Positions 38,392 through 48,800 of a stretch of 64,000 nt of DNA are shown piece by piece; positions within the stretch are counted from its first letter, which is position 1, and the number at the start of each line of letters is the position of its first letter. The position numbers and the translations under genes were made by a program. Source of the DNA: an uncultured Anaerolineae bacterium (GTDB lineage Bacteria > Chloroflexota > Anaerolineae > Aggregatilineales > UBA3940); the NCBI GenBank assembly GCA_964390105.1, contig CAYMGV010000001.1, positions 2 to 64,001 of the forward strand. The letters are read 5' to 3'. The notes beneath the pieces were generated by a model. It was given only the letters and a program-made list of their open reading frames with translations. It was not told the DNA's origin and searched no databases.

Positions 38392-40740
38392 ATGACCCTT
38401 GTTTATATCACACTGAGCTGGCTGTCAGGGATCGCCTTGCGCCGGGCGGATGCTGCGCCACTGTGGCTGCTGCTGATGCCTGCTGTCCTGGGTCTGTTCG
38501 CCTTTGTGCTGACCCGCAACCAGCGTGCGCGGGTCATGGCATCATGCCTGATTGCGTTGAGCCTGGGGGCAGGCCGCATGATGCTGGCTGAGCCAACCTT
38601 TGACGAGGGGCATATCGCCAGCTATAACGACACCGGGGTAATCCGGGTACAGGGCATGGTCATCGATGCGCCGGATGTGCGGGATACCCACACCAATCTG
38701 CAGCTAAGGGTCACGGGCCGCGTGCTGGATAGCGGTGAGGTTGAACCGCTGACGGGGGAAGTGCTGGTGCAGGCCGCACTGGCCGATGAGGTCAGCTACG
38801 GCAGCCTGATCGAGATCAGCGGGCAAATCGAGACGCCGCCGGAATGGGAGGATTTCTCGTATCGTGATTACCTCGCGCGGCAGGGTATCCACAGCCTGAT
38901 GCGCTACGTTCAGGTCGATACGCTGCCGGGGCAAGGCGGCAGCCCGGTACGGCGGGCGCTGCTTTCGGCACGTGGGGCGGCGTTCGAGATGATCAACCGC
39001 CTACTGCCTGATCCGCAGGCGTCGCTGCTGTCCGGCATCCTGCTGGGCATCGAGACCGGCATCCCTGAAAACGTGCGTGCCAGCTTTGACGCCGCTGATG
39101 CGACGCACATCATCGCCATATCAGGGTCCAACCTCGTGATCCTCGCCGGGCTGGTGATGGCCGTCAGTGCCCGATTCGCCAATCCGCGCGTCACCACCGG
39201 GATCACGATAGCGGTGCTGCTGGTCTATTCACTATTTGTGGGGGGTGATGCTGCGGTGATGCGCGCTGCGGTGATGGTCTCACTCAGCCTGATCGCGGTA
39301 CAGTTGGGCAGACAAACGTACGGTCTGACCTCACTGGCATTTGCTGCGCTGTTGTTCACTGTCATTAATCCGCTGACACTGTGGGACCTTTCATTCCAGC
39401 TCAGTTTCATGGCGACGCTGGGCCTGGTGCTGTACAGCACGCCTCTACAGAATCTATCCACACAATTGTTCACAGGGTTACTGGGGGAGGACCGCGCCAT
39501 GCAGATCACGTCGGCGCTTTCGGATGGTATCCTTGTCACGATGGCGGTACAACTCACCACACGCCCGCTGATGATGCTGTACTTTGGCCGATTTTCGCTG
39601 GTCTCACTGCCGGTCAACCTGCTGATCGGACCGCTGCAACCACCACTGATGATGCTGGGTGGAATCGGCACGGCGCTGGCGTTGCTGATCGAGCCACTGG
39701 GGCAGGTGTTTCTATGGGGAAGCTGGGCCTTCCTTTCCCTGACCCTGGGCATCGTGGAATTCTTTGCCGGGCTGTCCGCCGCATCAATGGAAGTTTCGAT
39801 CCTGAATCCATTGCCGATCATCTTATTTTACGGGGTTTTGTTTGGGCTAACGGCACTCGTCAGCGGGCCAGAGGATATCCGCAAAAAACGATTTGAGTGG
39901 CTGCGCACAGCGGGATTTACCAAAGCCGTCGCGGCTGTGGCACTGCTGGTTGCCGGGCTGCTGCTTACAGCGGCGGTGCAGCAGCCAGATGACAGGCTGC
40001 ACCTGTGGTTCTTTGACGTGGGTGATGGCAGTGCTGTGCTGATCGAGACGCCGGAAGGACGGCAGGTGCTGGTTGATGCCGGGGGTAGTGGACGAGCGCT
40101 GTCAACAGGGCTGGGCCGTGCTGTGCCGTATTGGGATCGCCAGATCGATTTACTGGTATTGACCGGGCAGGATGAGCGGCAGGTGGCCGCACTCGGCACC
40201 ATCAGCAGACGCTACACCATTGAGGCCGTCCTCAGTGGATCACCCAACCCCGAAAATGCCAATGCCTTCCGCGCATTTGGGGCGCTGCCGGACTCCACGG
40301 AATTTATCGAAGCGCTGCCGGGGTCATCCGTTCATATAGGAGATGAGGTTATCCTCACCGTACTGCACCGGGATGTGGATACCCCCTCACAAACGGTACT
40401 TATGTTGACCTACAGATCGATGAACGTACTGTTCACCGGGGATATCGACCCCGCAGCCGAGGCGGTGATCGTGGGCCAGCATGGTGAGTTGCTCGATAGT
40501 GCGGTGATCCAGGTTCCACGGAGCGGCCATCGCGAGAGCAGCAGTGGAGCGTTTCTCGCAGTGGTCAGGCCGCAGGTCGCCGTGATCTCGGTGGATAACC
40601 CTGACCGATCCGACCGTCCGCACCTCGAAACGCTGACGCGCCTGGAGGAAAGTGCCCGTGTGCTGCGCACCGATCAGGCGGGTACGGTTCACATCGTCAG
40701 TGATGGGGAACAGATGTGGGTTTACTCTTCGTCTGACTGA
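38392..40740 (+). CDS. comEC: DNA internalization competence protein ComEC/Rec2 (DUF4131, Competence domain, degenerate MBL domain)
   Basis: FSYRDYLARQGI, LLSGILLG, THIIAISGSN, RAAVM, NPLTLWDLSFQLSFMATLGL, FDVGDG, LFTGD, LRTDQAG. Confidence 0.92.
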   Translation: MTLVYITLSWLSGIALRRADAAPLWLLLMPAVLGLFAFVLTRNQRARVMASCLIALSLGAGRMMLAEPTFDEGHIASYNDTGVIRVQGMVIDAPDVRDTHTNLQLRVTGRVLDSGEVEPLTGEVLVQAALADEVSYGSLIEISGQIETPPEWEDFSYRDYLARQGIHSLMRYVQVDTLPGQGGSPVRRALLSARGAAFEMINRLLPDPQASLLSGILLGIETGIPENVRASFDAADATHIIAISGSNLVILAGLVMAVSARFANPRVTTGITIAVLLVYSLFVGGDAAVMRAAVMVSLSLIAVQLGRQTYGLTSLAFAALLFTVINPLTLWDLSFQLSFMATLGLVLYSTPLQNLSTQLFTGLLGEDRAMQITSALSDGILVTMAVQLTTRPLMMLYFGRFSLVSLPVNLLIGPLQPPLMMLGGIGTALALLIEPLGQVFLWGSWAFLSLTLGIVEFFAGLSAASMEVSILNPLPIILFYGVLFGLTALVSGPEDIRKKRFEWLRTAGFTKAVAAVALLVAGLLLTAAVQQPDDRLHLWFFDVGDGSAVLIETPEGRQVLVDAGGSGRALSTGLGRAVPYWDRQIDLLVLTGQDERQVAALGTISRRYTIEAVLSGSPNPENANAFRAFGALPDSTEFIEALPGSSVHIGDEVILTVLHRDVDTPSQTVLMLTYRSMNVLFTGDIDPAAEAVIVGQHGELLDSAVIQVPRSGHRESSSGAFLAVVRPQVAVISVDNPDRSDRPHLETLTRLEESARVLRTDQAGTVHIVSDGEQMWVYSSSD

Positions 40741-42398
40741 TCGCCATCAGCCGGGGCGGGTGCCAGGAGGCCATTCTCCTGCACATCAACACGAACCAGC
40801 AGCCTGCCAACAAAGGCATCGAAGCGGGCCTCGACCCTATGGGAATGACCGGGCAGCAGATTCAGATCGACCAGGTAGCGCTCATCGACCTCTCGGCGGC
40901 GGAACTCAGGCGGCAGGACTTTCATACGGATTTTGCCACGATGGCCGAGGTCAAGCAGGCTGAAGGCAAACACACCTGCCTCACCAATCGTCATCCGTGC
41001 GCTGACCGGTTCCCAGCGCCAGCCGACCGTTCCGCCATAGTAGTGTTCACCCATCAGCTCAACGCTGGCCCCCGCCATCGGTTCCCGGTGGTCATTAAGC
41101 AGCAGGCCATGCAGTGTCGTTGCATCGGGGCGAAGGGCACGCAGATACTCCGGCCCGGCAGGATCGGTGATGTGGGCCAGTGCTTTGACGATCTCCTCCC
41201 GCGGGCCAATCCCCGCCAGTTCTCTTAACGTTTGAGCAGCCTGCGCCGTGTTGAGCTTCGCCAGCCCATGCACCGCCGCGATCTGCACAGAGCCGTCAGG
41301 GTCACGACCTAACTCATCAAGCCACAGGGTAGCGTCTCGGTGCCCCACGTTGGCAACCAACCGCGCCATGACGCGCCGCGCCGAGGGCGCGGGATGACTC
41401 ACGTAATCACTGAGGATGTCCACCGCGCGTGGGCCGAGGCCCTCCAACGCGGTCTGCACCGCGCTCACGTTGCGATAAGCAGGTGGCGGAGGCGGCTCTG
41501 CAACAAACCAGAACAGTGCGTCAATGGCGCGGCGTGTGCCAACAAGGGCCAACCCCCGGGCAGCCTGGGGGGCTTCCGTGCCGCCGCTGTGCAGGCGCTC
41601 AGCGTAGTACATGATCGCGCGGTTGTCTTCTAGCTGCTCCAATGCGCGGGCCATCGCTGACGCGGCCTCGGCGTGCCCGCCGGGCTGAACTTCCTGCCTG
41701 AAGCGACGCCATAAGGGTCCCACCGCAATCTTTAACCCTGAAACGCCTAACCTCTGCGCCGCCGAGATGCGCACGCGCGGGCCCTGGTTTTTTAGCCCCT
41801 TGAGCACATCACCCAGCGAATGCACCCCACTGACAAACACGCCAATATCAGCCAATTCATCGCTGTGTTTGGCAGGAGGGGACGCCCCCAGCCTCACGGC
41901 CAGTTCAGTCAGCTTTTTGCGTTTTCCAGCGGGCCAACCTTCGTACTGGGGACTGCGCATGAGGTGTTCCAGCACAACAGAAGCCTCCCCATCCAGCGAA
42001 CCCAGCGCAGCCCAATCGTTGCTGACCAGCGCATCACGAACCTGCAAGGCGATGGTAGACAGCTCAGAAGAATGATGGCTAAGGGCCTGTGTCGCCTGGG
42101 TGGCGTTGAGGCGGCGAGTATCAAACAACGCATCGATAAGGCCATGGACGGCGGCTTCATCATCAATATCGCCCAGCGCAGCCAACCCCCACTGGATCAG
42201 ATACTGATCCGTTTCACGCTTCAGCAGGGCCAGCAGGGCGGGTACTGAAGCCGGATCAGACAACCCGGCCAACCCGCGCACGGCACGCCGCTGCACCTGT
42301 AAGTTACGATCTCCCAATGCCTTACACAGCCCGCTCACATCGCCGCGTTCAATCAGGCGGTCGATCTGCTTCAGTGACGCCATACTCCCCCGATTCAT
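40722..42398 (-). CDS. HEAT (PBS-lyase-like) repeat protein with a C-terminal beta domain
   Basis: Repeated units VQRRAVRGLAGLSDPASVPALL, VRISAAQRLG...AVGPL, VQIAAVHGLAKL. Confidence 0.78.
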   Translation of the reverse strand: MNRGSMASLKQIDRLIERGDVSGLCKALGDRNLQVQRRAVRGLAGLSDPASVPALLALLKRETDQYLIQWGLAALGDIDDEAAVHGLIDALFDTRRLNATQATQALSHHSSELSTIALQVRDALVSNDWAALGSLDGEASVVLEHLMRSPQYEGWPAGKRKKLTELAVRLGASPPAKHSDELADIGVFVSGVHSLGDVLKGLKNQGPRVRISAAQRLGVSGLKIAVGPLWRRFRQEVQPGGHAEAASAMARALEQLEDNRAIMYYAERLHSGGTEAPQAARGLALVGTRRAIDALFWFVAEPPPPPAYRNVSAVQTALEGLGPRAVDILSDYVSHPAPSARRVMARLVANVGHRDATLWLDELGRDPDGSVQIAAVHGLAKLNTAQAAQTLRELAGIGPREEIVKALAHITDPAGPEYLRALRPDATTLHGLLLNDHREPMAGASVELMGEHYYGGTVGWRWEPVSARMTIGEAGVFAFSLLDLGHRGKIRMKVLPPEFRRREVDERYLVDLNLLPGHSHRVEARFDAFVGRLLVRVDVQENGLLAPAPADGDQSDEE

Positions 42399-42549
42399 CG
42401 TAGCTGCATCCGTGCTGAACCCTCCTCGTTAGACAGGGACCGCATCAGCACCTACAATAAGCGGATGCAATATCTGATCATAGCACAGCACCCGGCCCGG
42501 TTCGAGCATTGAACCGAAGGTGAGCGGCTGCACAGCGCATTGAGGCTCT

Positions 42550-43554
42550 ATGTCATCGTTACTCCCCGCGGGGAAGCTCCCTTCAAACCTGTTAGCATAC
42601 CTGCTTGACCGCATCGGACGTGATGATCCGCGCGTGCTGCTGGGACCCGGCCCCGGTGAGGATGCGGCGGTGCTGGACCCCGGCGCGGGGATGCTGCTGG
42701 TCGCCAAATCGGACCCCATCACGTTTGCCACCCACGAGATCGGCTGGTATGCCGTCCATGTCAACGCCAACGACATTGCGGCATCGGGCGGAACCCCGGC
42801 CTTTTTCCTCGCGACACTGCTGCTGCCAGCCGGGGAGGCCACCGCCGAGGCCGCTGAAATGATCTTTGAACAGATGCTATCCGCCTGTGATGCGCTGAAC
42901 GTGACGCTGGTCGGCGGGCACACGGAGATCACCGGCGCGGTAACCCAACCTGTACTGGCAGGGACCATGCTGGGCACCGTGCATCCGGGAGCCTGGGTTA
43001 AAACGTCGGGGGCACGGCCCGGCGACCGGCTGCTTGTCAGCAAGGGCGTGCCCGTCGAGGCGACCGCCATCCTTGCCAATGAGCTGCGTAACGTGCTGGA
43101 GGATCGATTCTCCGCTGATTTCCTCGACCACTGTGCCCGTTTTCTTCATGACCCGGGGATCAGCGTGGTGAAGGACGCCCGTGTCGCGCTGGCGGCGGGG
43201 GTGATCCACGCCATGCACGATCCCACTGAAGGCGGGCTGGCTACTGGCTTGTGGGAAATGGCGGAGACCAGCGATGTCTCGTTGCAGGTGGACCTCAGCG
43301 ACGTAGTCCTCCAGGAAGGGGGCCAGTTGTGTAAGGCGGTCGGCATCGACGCAATGGGCGCAATTGCCAGCGGTGCCCTGCTAATGGCCGTCCCTGCGAG
43401 CGATGCGGCGTCGATACAGGACGCATTGAAAGACCACGGCATCGCGTGTTACGAGATCGGTGATGTCAACGACGGGACGGGCGTCATTGATCGCCATACG
43501 GGCAAAGCGCTGATCCGCCCCGCCCGGGATGAAATCGCGCGGTTGTTTGAGTAA
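42550..43554 (+). CDS. AIR synthase (PurM/HypE-like) family protein
   Basis: GKLP, VLLGPGPGEDAAV, KSDPITF, VNANDIA, LVGGHTEIT, ARPGD, HAMHDPTEGG, IASGALL. Confidence 0.88.
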   Translation: MSSLLPAGKLPSNLLAYLLDRIGRDDPRVLLGPGPGEDAAVLDPGAGMLLVAKSDPITFATHEIGWYAVHVNANDIAASGGTPAFFLATLLLPAGEATAEAAEMIFEQMLSACDALNVTLVGGHTEITGAVTQPVLAGTMLGTVHPGAWVKTSGARPGDRLLVSKGVPVEATAILANELRNVLEDRFSADFLDHCARFLHDPGISVVKDARVALAAGVIHAMHDPTEGGLATGLWEMAETSDVSLQVDLSDVVLQEGGQLCKAVGIDAMGAIASGALLMAVPASDAASIQDALKDHGIACYEIGDVNDGTGVIDRHTGKALIRPARDEIARLFE

Positions 43555-43563
43555 GGACACCTC

Positions 43564-44010
43564 ATGAGAGAATTGAACTTCGACTTCATAACCGATTCGC
43601 TGGTGGTGGGATCACAGCCGCACCCCACTGATTGGTATGTCCTTGCCGAACTGGGCCTGACTGTCAACATCAGCCTTGTCGCCGAACACCAGGATCGCTT
43701 TGTGGGGGCCGCCCCGGACACCCACCTGTGGCTGCCCACGCCAGACTGGTATGGCCCCGGCATGGATACGCTGCGTGTCAGCACGCGCTTTATTGACCTC
43801 ATGATCTCGCTGGGCCGCAAGGTGTACGTACATTGTTCGAGCGGGGTGGGGCGCTCTCCGACAGTAGCCGCAGCCTACCTCGCTACCACCGGGATGTCGA
43901 TGGCGGATGCGCTGCGCACCGTCAAGGCCAGGCGTCCGGTAACGAAGATCAACGATGCGCAGTTGGGTACGCTGCGTCACTTCCTCGATTCATTGAAGGA
44001 AGCACCTTAA
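43564..44010 (+). CDS. Dual-specificity / Cys-based protein phosphatase family protein
   Basis: CX5R loop VYVHCSSGVGRSPTVAAAYL; A...VKARRP. Confidence 0.9.
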   Translation: MRELNFDFITDSLVVGSQPHPTDWYVLAELGLTVNISLVAEHQDRFVGAAPDTHLWLPTPDWYGPGMDTLRVSTRFIDLMISLGRKVYVHCSSGVGRSPTVAAAYLATTGMSMADALRTVKARRPVTKINDAQLGTLRHFLDSLKEAP

Positions 44011-45875
44011 CCTTCAATAACTTCCATGCGATCCTGTATCGAATCGAGCCGCGCCAGCGAGACCCACGTCCAAAGTGGGTCATCTCGCAAGGTGCCCGGG
44101 TCCGCGTAGCGCGGGTCCAGTTCGATGGCATGGGCCAGTAGGTCTTCGGCTTCGTCGCGGCGCAGATTAGCATCGGTTGCAATAGCTAACCCGGCGTTGA
44201 CCTCGGCGGTATCGTAGCCCATGTTGGCGGCAAGGCTGAACAGGTCGAAGGCATCGTCATAATCCCCGGCATCAAACGAGGCGAAACCGGCACGGGTCAG
44301 CGTCTCGACGCTGGTATCTCCCAATGCGATGGCCCTTTCATAGTCATCAATGGCCGCAGCCATGCGGCGCTCGCGATGTTCGGCCCACGCCCGCCCGGCG
44401 TAGACCTCGGCCTCGATATAGCCCTTATTGATGGCGCTGCTGAATTGATCGATGGCCTCGCGGAAATCCTCATCATGCAGCGCGATCTGACCCAGCACGT
44501 AGCAGGCACGGCCCGCACCTGAATCAAGACCCAGGGCTGCCTCGGCATCGGTACGGGCGACGATCCAGCCGCCGATGCCGATCTGCACGGCGGCTCGCCC
44601 CGTCAGCGCCGCGACACGCAAGATCATATCGTCATCCGCGGCGAGATCGAGCGCAGCCGTGTATGCGTTGCGTGCGGGGCGCATCTCCCCGGCCAGCGCG
44701 AGGGCGTCACCGTAATAGCGGTAGTGGCGTGCGGTGGGGGCTATGTCGATCAGGGCCTCATAAGTGGTCAGCGCCGCATCGATCTCACCCGCCACCACTT
44801 GGACATAAGCCGTGTTGAAGGGATAGATCGGGTTGCCCGGGGCGAGCATCGCTGCACGATGAAAGCCAGAAAGCGCATCATCGAACACACCCTGTTGATA
44901 GGCCGCAACACCGAACAGGTTCAGGCCCCACGGGGTACCGGGCCATTTCGAGTCGAGGTCGGCAAGGTTTTCGTTCTCGATGTTTGCCAGTACGGCGTTA
45001 TAGGCCCATGCACGGTCAGTCGGGGCACTCTCAGCGGCGCGGGCAGCGTCTCGTGATGCTGCCTCCGTGTCATTCAGGGCAAGGTATATCGCAGAGCGAT
45101 TGCCATATGCCGCCGGGAAATCAGGCAGGTCACGCAGGGCGGCACTGTACAGGCGCAGCGCATCGATGGGGCGCTCCGATCCCAGTGCCGCAGCCTCATA
45201 GAAAGACCATCCCGCCGCCGATGTCACCCTCAGGTTACCCGGCAGCAGTCGGATCAACGGGCTGGCAGATTGGGCCAGTTCCACCACGCGCCCCGGATGT
45301 CCATCCAGCAGGGCAGCCTGTGCCAGCAGCGCCAGCACCAGCGGTTTGGGGTCATCCTGAAAGGCACAAAACCGCCCGGATGCCCCTGGGGCATAGCGTA
45401 TCCACGAGGTTAAATCGGCATCCAGCAGCAGGGGGGGCGGGGCATCGACCTGATCGACCAGGGTGAGACAGGCAGCCCCATCATTGATCAGGGTGAGTTC
45501 CGCCCGGATGTGTGCGTCCGGGTTATCCGTCATGACAACGTCAGGCGCGAGTTCGTCCCTCAGCAACGCGGCAAGGTCCTCGGCGTTTTCCTCGACGGGA
45601 AGCAGCGCAATGAAGGCCGCCCCCTGGCTGGAACCCTCGGCCACAGCGGTTAGGGCCGGGGTTGGGGCCGGGGTTGGGGCCGATGCATCGACGGCAGCCG
45701 TCGATGCATCTTCGGTGGGCGCAGGGGCAATCGTCACCACAGGTTCAACCGGATCAAATACGCCCAGGAGCCACAGCGTTACGCCGACACTGAGCAACAG
45801 AAAGGCGATACTGCCCAACAGGGCAGGCATGGAAAACCCCGGCTCCGATGTCCGGGGGGTATTTGAGTTGGGCAT
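44007..45875 (-). CDS. Membrane-anchored tetratricopeptide repeat protein
   Basis: N-terminal TM helix and Pro/Thr/Ala linker, then multiple TPR units (AYGNRSAIYLAL, ACYVLGQIAL...AIDQFSSAI, AIDDYERAIAL). Confidence 0.82.
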   Translation of the reverse strand: MPNSNTPRTSEPGFSMPALLGSIAFLLLSVGVTLWLLGVFDPVEPVVTIAPAPTEDASTAAVDASAPTPAPTPALTAVAEGSSQGAAFIALLPVEENAEDLAALLRDELAPDVVMTDNPDAHIRAELTLINDGAACLTLVDQVDAPPPLLLDADLTSWIRYAPGASGRFCAFQDDPKPLVLALLAQAALLDGHPGRVVELAQSASPLIRLLPGNLRVTSAAGWSFYEAAALGSERPIDALRLYSAALRDLPDFPAAYGNRSAIYLALNDTEAASRDAARAAESAPTDRAWAYNAVLANIENENLADLDSKWPGTPWGLNLFGVAAYQQGVFDDALSGFHRAAMLAPGNPIYPFNTAYVQVVAGEIDAALTTYEALIDIAPTARHYRYYGDALALAGEMRPARNAYTAALDLAADDDMILRVAALTGRAAVQIGIGGWIVARTDAEAALGLDSGAGRACYVLGQIALHDEDFREAIDQFSSAINKGYIEAEVYAGRAWAEHRERRMAAAIDDYERAIALGDTSVETLTRAGFASFDAGDYDDAFDLFSLAANMGYDTAEVNAGLAIATDANLRRDEAEDLLAHAIELDPRYADPGTLRDDPLWTWVSLARLDSIQDRMEVIEG

Positions 45876-45893
45876 AGACTTATCATTACGCCG

Positions 45894-48800
45894 TTAGGGC
45901 GTCTCCCCGCTGCGCGTTGAATCCAGCAGTTCGCCACGCAGCACCAGCAGCCTGATCTCAACCGGGCGATTCAACTCGGCCTCCATAACAGTTTGCAGTT
46001 CATTCAGTTCTTCCGGTGTGCCGTGCTGAACCGGCGACTGGCCCTCCGTCTCGCCCGGCGCAGGCTGGGCCTGCTGCTCAAGAATGAGCAGTGTGCCATC
46101 AACGACGACCGTACGAAGCTGGTAATCAACCGATACATCGTTCAGACGGGTAACTCCCCAAGTTTCCGTCTCACGGTTGAGGATGCCCAGGGCGTTTGTC
46201 TCGATGCGGTCCCGCTGAACACCCTGGAACAACAGGATGCCAAGCGGAATACTCACCACCAGCAGCGACGTGATTGAGACCAGCAGCCCGCGTGAGAGCA
46301 GTCGTGTGCGGTCGTGGTTGGGCGGGCGTAATCCCAGCAGCAGGAACGTGATTGTCGCGGCAAAGATCATGCCTGCGAGGTTGGCAATAAGCAGCAGCAG
46401 GGCACCAAACGCGATACCCAGGTACCCCACCTGGGAAGCCCCCAGCACAAAGCCAATCCCAATCGTGCAGACGGGCGGCATCAAGGCGGCAGCGATAGCC
46501 ACACCCGGTAACGCCGCCCCAACTTCATGGCGTCCGATAGCGTATGCGCCCGCAGCGCCAGAGGCCAACGCGACCATCAGGTCAACGAGGTTAGGCTGTG
46601 TCCGGGCCAGCATCTCAGGCGTGGGGGTAAGGCCGGGCACCACCAGCGCAAACAGCATCGCGGTGAAGACGGCTAGCAGCACACCCTGAAGGGTCGAGTT
46701 GAGGGCACTGCGCAGTGTGCGAATATCACCAAACACCACGCCAACCGCCGTGGCAACAATCGGGGACATCAGCGGAGCAACCAGCATCGCACCGATGATG
46801 ACTGCCGGGCTGTTCAGGATCAGGCCCAGCGTCGCGATGATGGCGGACAGCGCGATCAGCACAAAGTAATTGATGTTAGGTCGAGACGACTGGCGCATGT
46901 CCTGGTACAGCACAAGCTGCTCCTGCGAGGTGAGTGTGGGCAGCAGGTCCGAGATGGAATGCCACGCCTTACGCACCACGTACTGTCCCAGCCCGCTGTA
47001 ATTGCGAATCAGCGCCAGCGGCAGATCACTCTCCCGTGCGACCTGCAACACCAGCGGCCCAAACCACTGATCTTCAAGGAATCCCTGTTCACTGGCCCCC
47101 ATCAGCATCGCATCGTGGGTCTCGCAAGTTTCAATAATACCCGCCGATGGTGAGCGGGCCGGATGGACCAGTGTGCGAACGCGATGCGGCTCGGTGAGGC
47201 GAGCCTTGAGTGTGTTCAGCAGGATTCGCGCGTCCTGTACCTGGCTCGAGTCGGCATTCTTGCGGGCGATGTTCAGCAGGGTAACCTCGCCTTCAGGGTC
47301 GATCAGGTCAAGCGCCAGTTCAGCCGCACGCGGGGCATTGGGGCCACCCGCAGCAGGTACAAGCACTTTACCGATTTTGCCGTTCCAATCGCCATGTACA
47401 ACGGCCACATCGCACTGGGCATGTTCAATCACATCATCAAGGATGTCACCAAGGCGGCCACCCCCGGCTACATGCTCGCGTTTATGCCAGCCCATCACGA
47501 CCAACTGTGCGCCTTCCTCCTGGCACGTATCATTGATGCCCTGGCTAACGGCACGGGCAAGGCGCGTCACACCTTCCGCCTGTACGTTCATGGTTGTGGC
47601 GGCCTCATCGATCAACTCCTCAAGCAGTGCCTGGCGCTCCTGGGCAAGGTCACGCCCGGAATCAAGGGGTTGATCCTCCGGCACAGCAACCACCTGCAAC
47701 AGGATGATATGCCCGTCTCGCTGCTGCGCGATGCGGGCACCAAACCCCATCAGGTCACGGGCGGTATCGGGGTTTGACACTGCGACAACAATAGGATAAG
47801 CGGATGTGATGCCTTTCGGGCGGGCCTGATCCTGGAAGACGGTCAGACCGATCTGGGAGGTGCGCATCCCCTCACGCGCATATTGCAGGTAGGCCAGCAC
47901 ACCCAGCGCATACCAGCTGATGGCAGTCAACAGTACCGGAAACGGCACCACAAACACGGCCAACAAGAAGGTCAGGCCCATGCCCATCAGCGGCAGGACA
48001 GGATACAGTGGAATGCGGAAGGCTCGGCCAGTGCTGCGCGGATGGGCATGCATCAGCAGCGCAGCAGTGTTGACGCCAAACTGAAGCACCACATAGGTCA
48101 CACCACCGAAGCTTGCCAGTATCCAAACGGCCCGGCCCGGGTCATCTATGGTAACCATCCACGTGATGAGCAGCAGGATAGTGCCAACCCCGGCCATCAG
48201 AATCAGCAGCAGTGTCGGGGCATTAAAGACTTTACCAGAGTCAAGCAAGCGTTCCGGCAGCCAGCCGTCACGCCCAATGATTTGAAGGCGGCGCACCATC
48301 AACAAATTGACGATCTGCCATGTCACCCCGGAAACCAGCACGGTCGCCCCATGGAACACCATGGCCCCATAACCGGGTATGAGATGCTCCGCGAGATAGC
48401 TCAGCGAGGGAGCTTCGGGTATTGCCCAGCGCACGGAAAGCGTAAAGATACCGGCCAACAGCGCGCCAAGTGCCCACATCGAGACGGTGGAACGCGCATT
48501 GCGGTCGCGGCGGCCACCCAGTTCGGTTGAGAGTTCCGACGCCCACATAGCCGCCATCACCGCCATCACCGCCATAATGAAGCGATTACCCCCAGTGAAC
48601 ACGCGGCCAGCCGACGCCCCACTGACGATGGCATTGCCGGTCATAACAACCATGAAGGCCAACATACCGAGGATCACGGCCCCCATCATCCACCCTGCGA
48701 TGCCCCAGCGCGGACGGCGCGCAAGTATTGCCAGCAGGGTCAGTACAATCAGGATGGCAATTGCAAGGACGGGCACCGGAACCGACACCGTGATGTAGAC

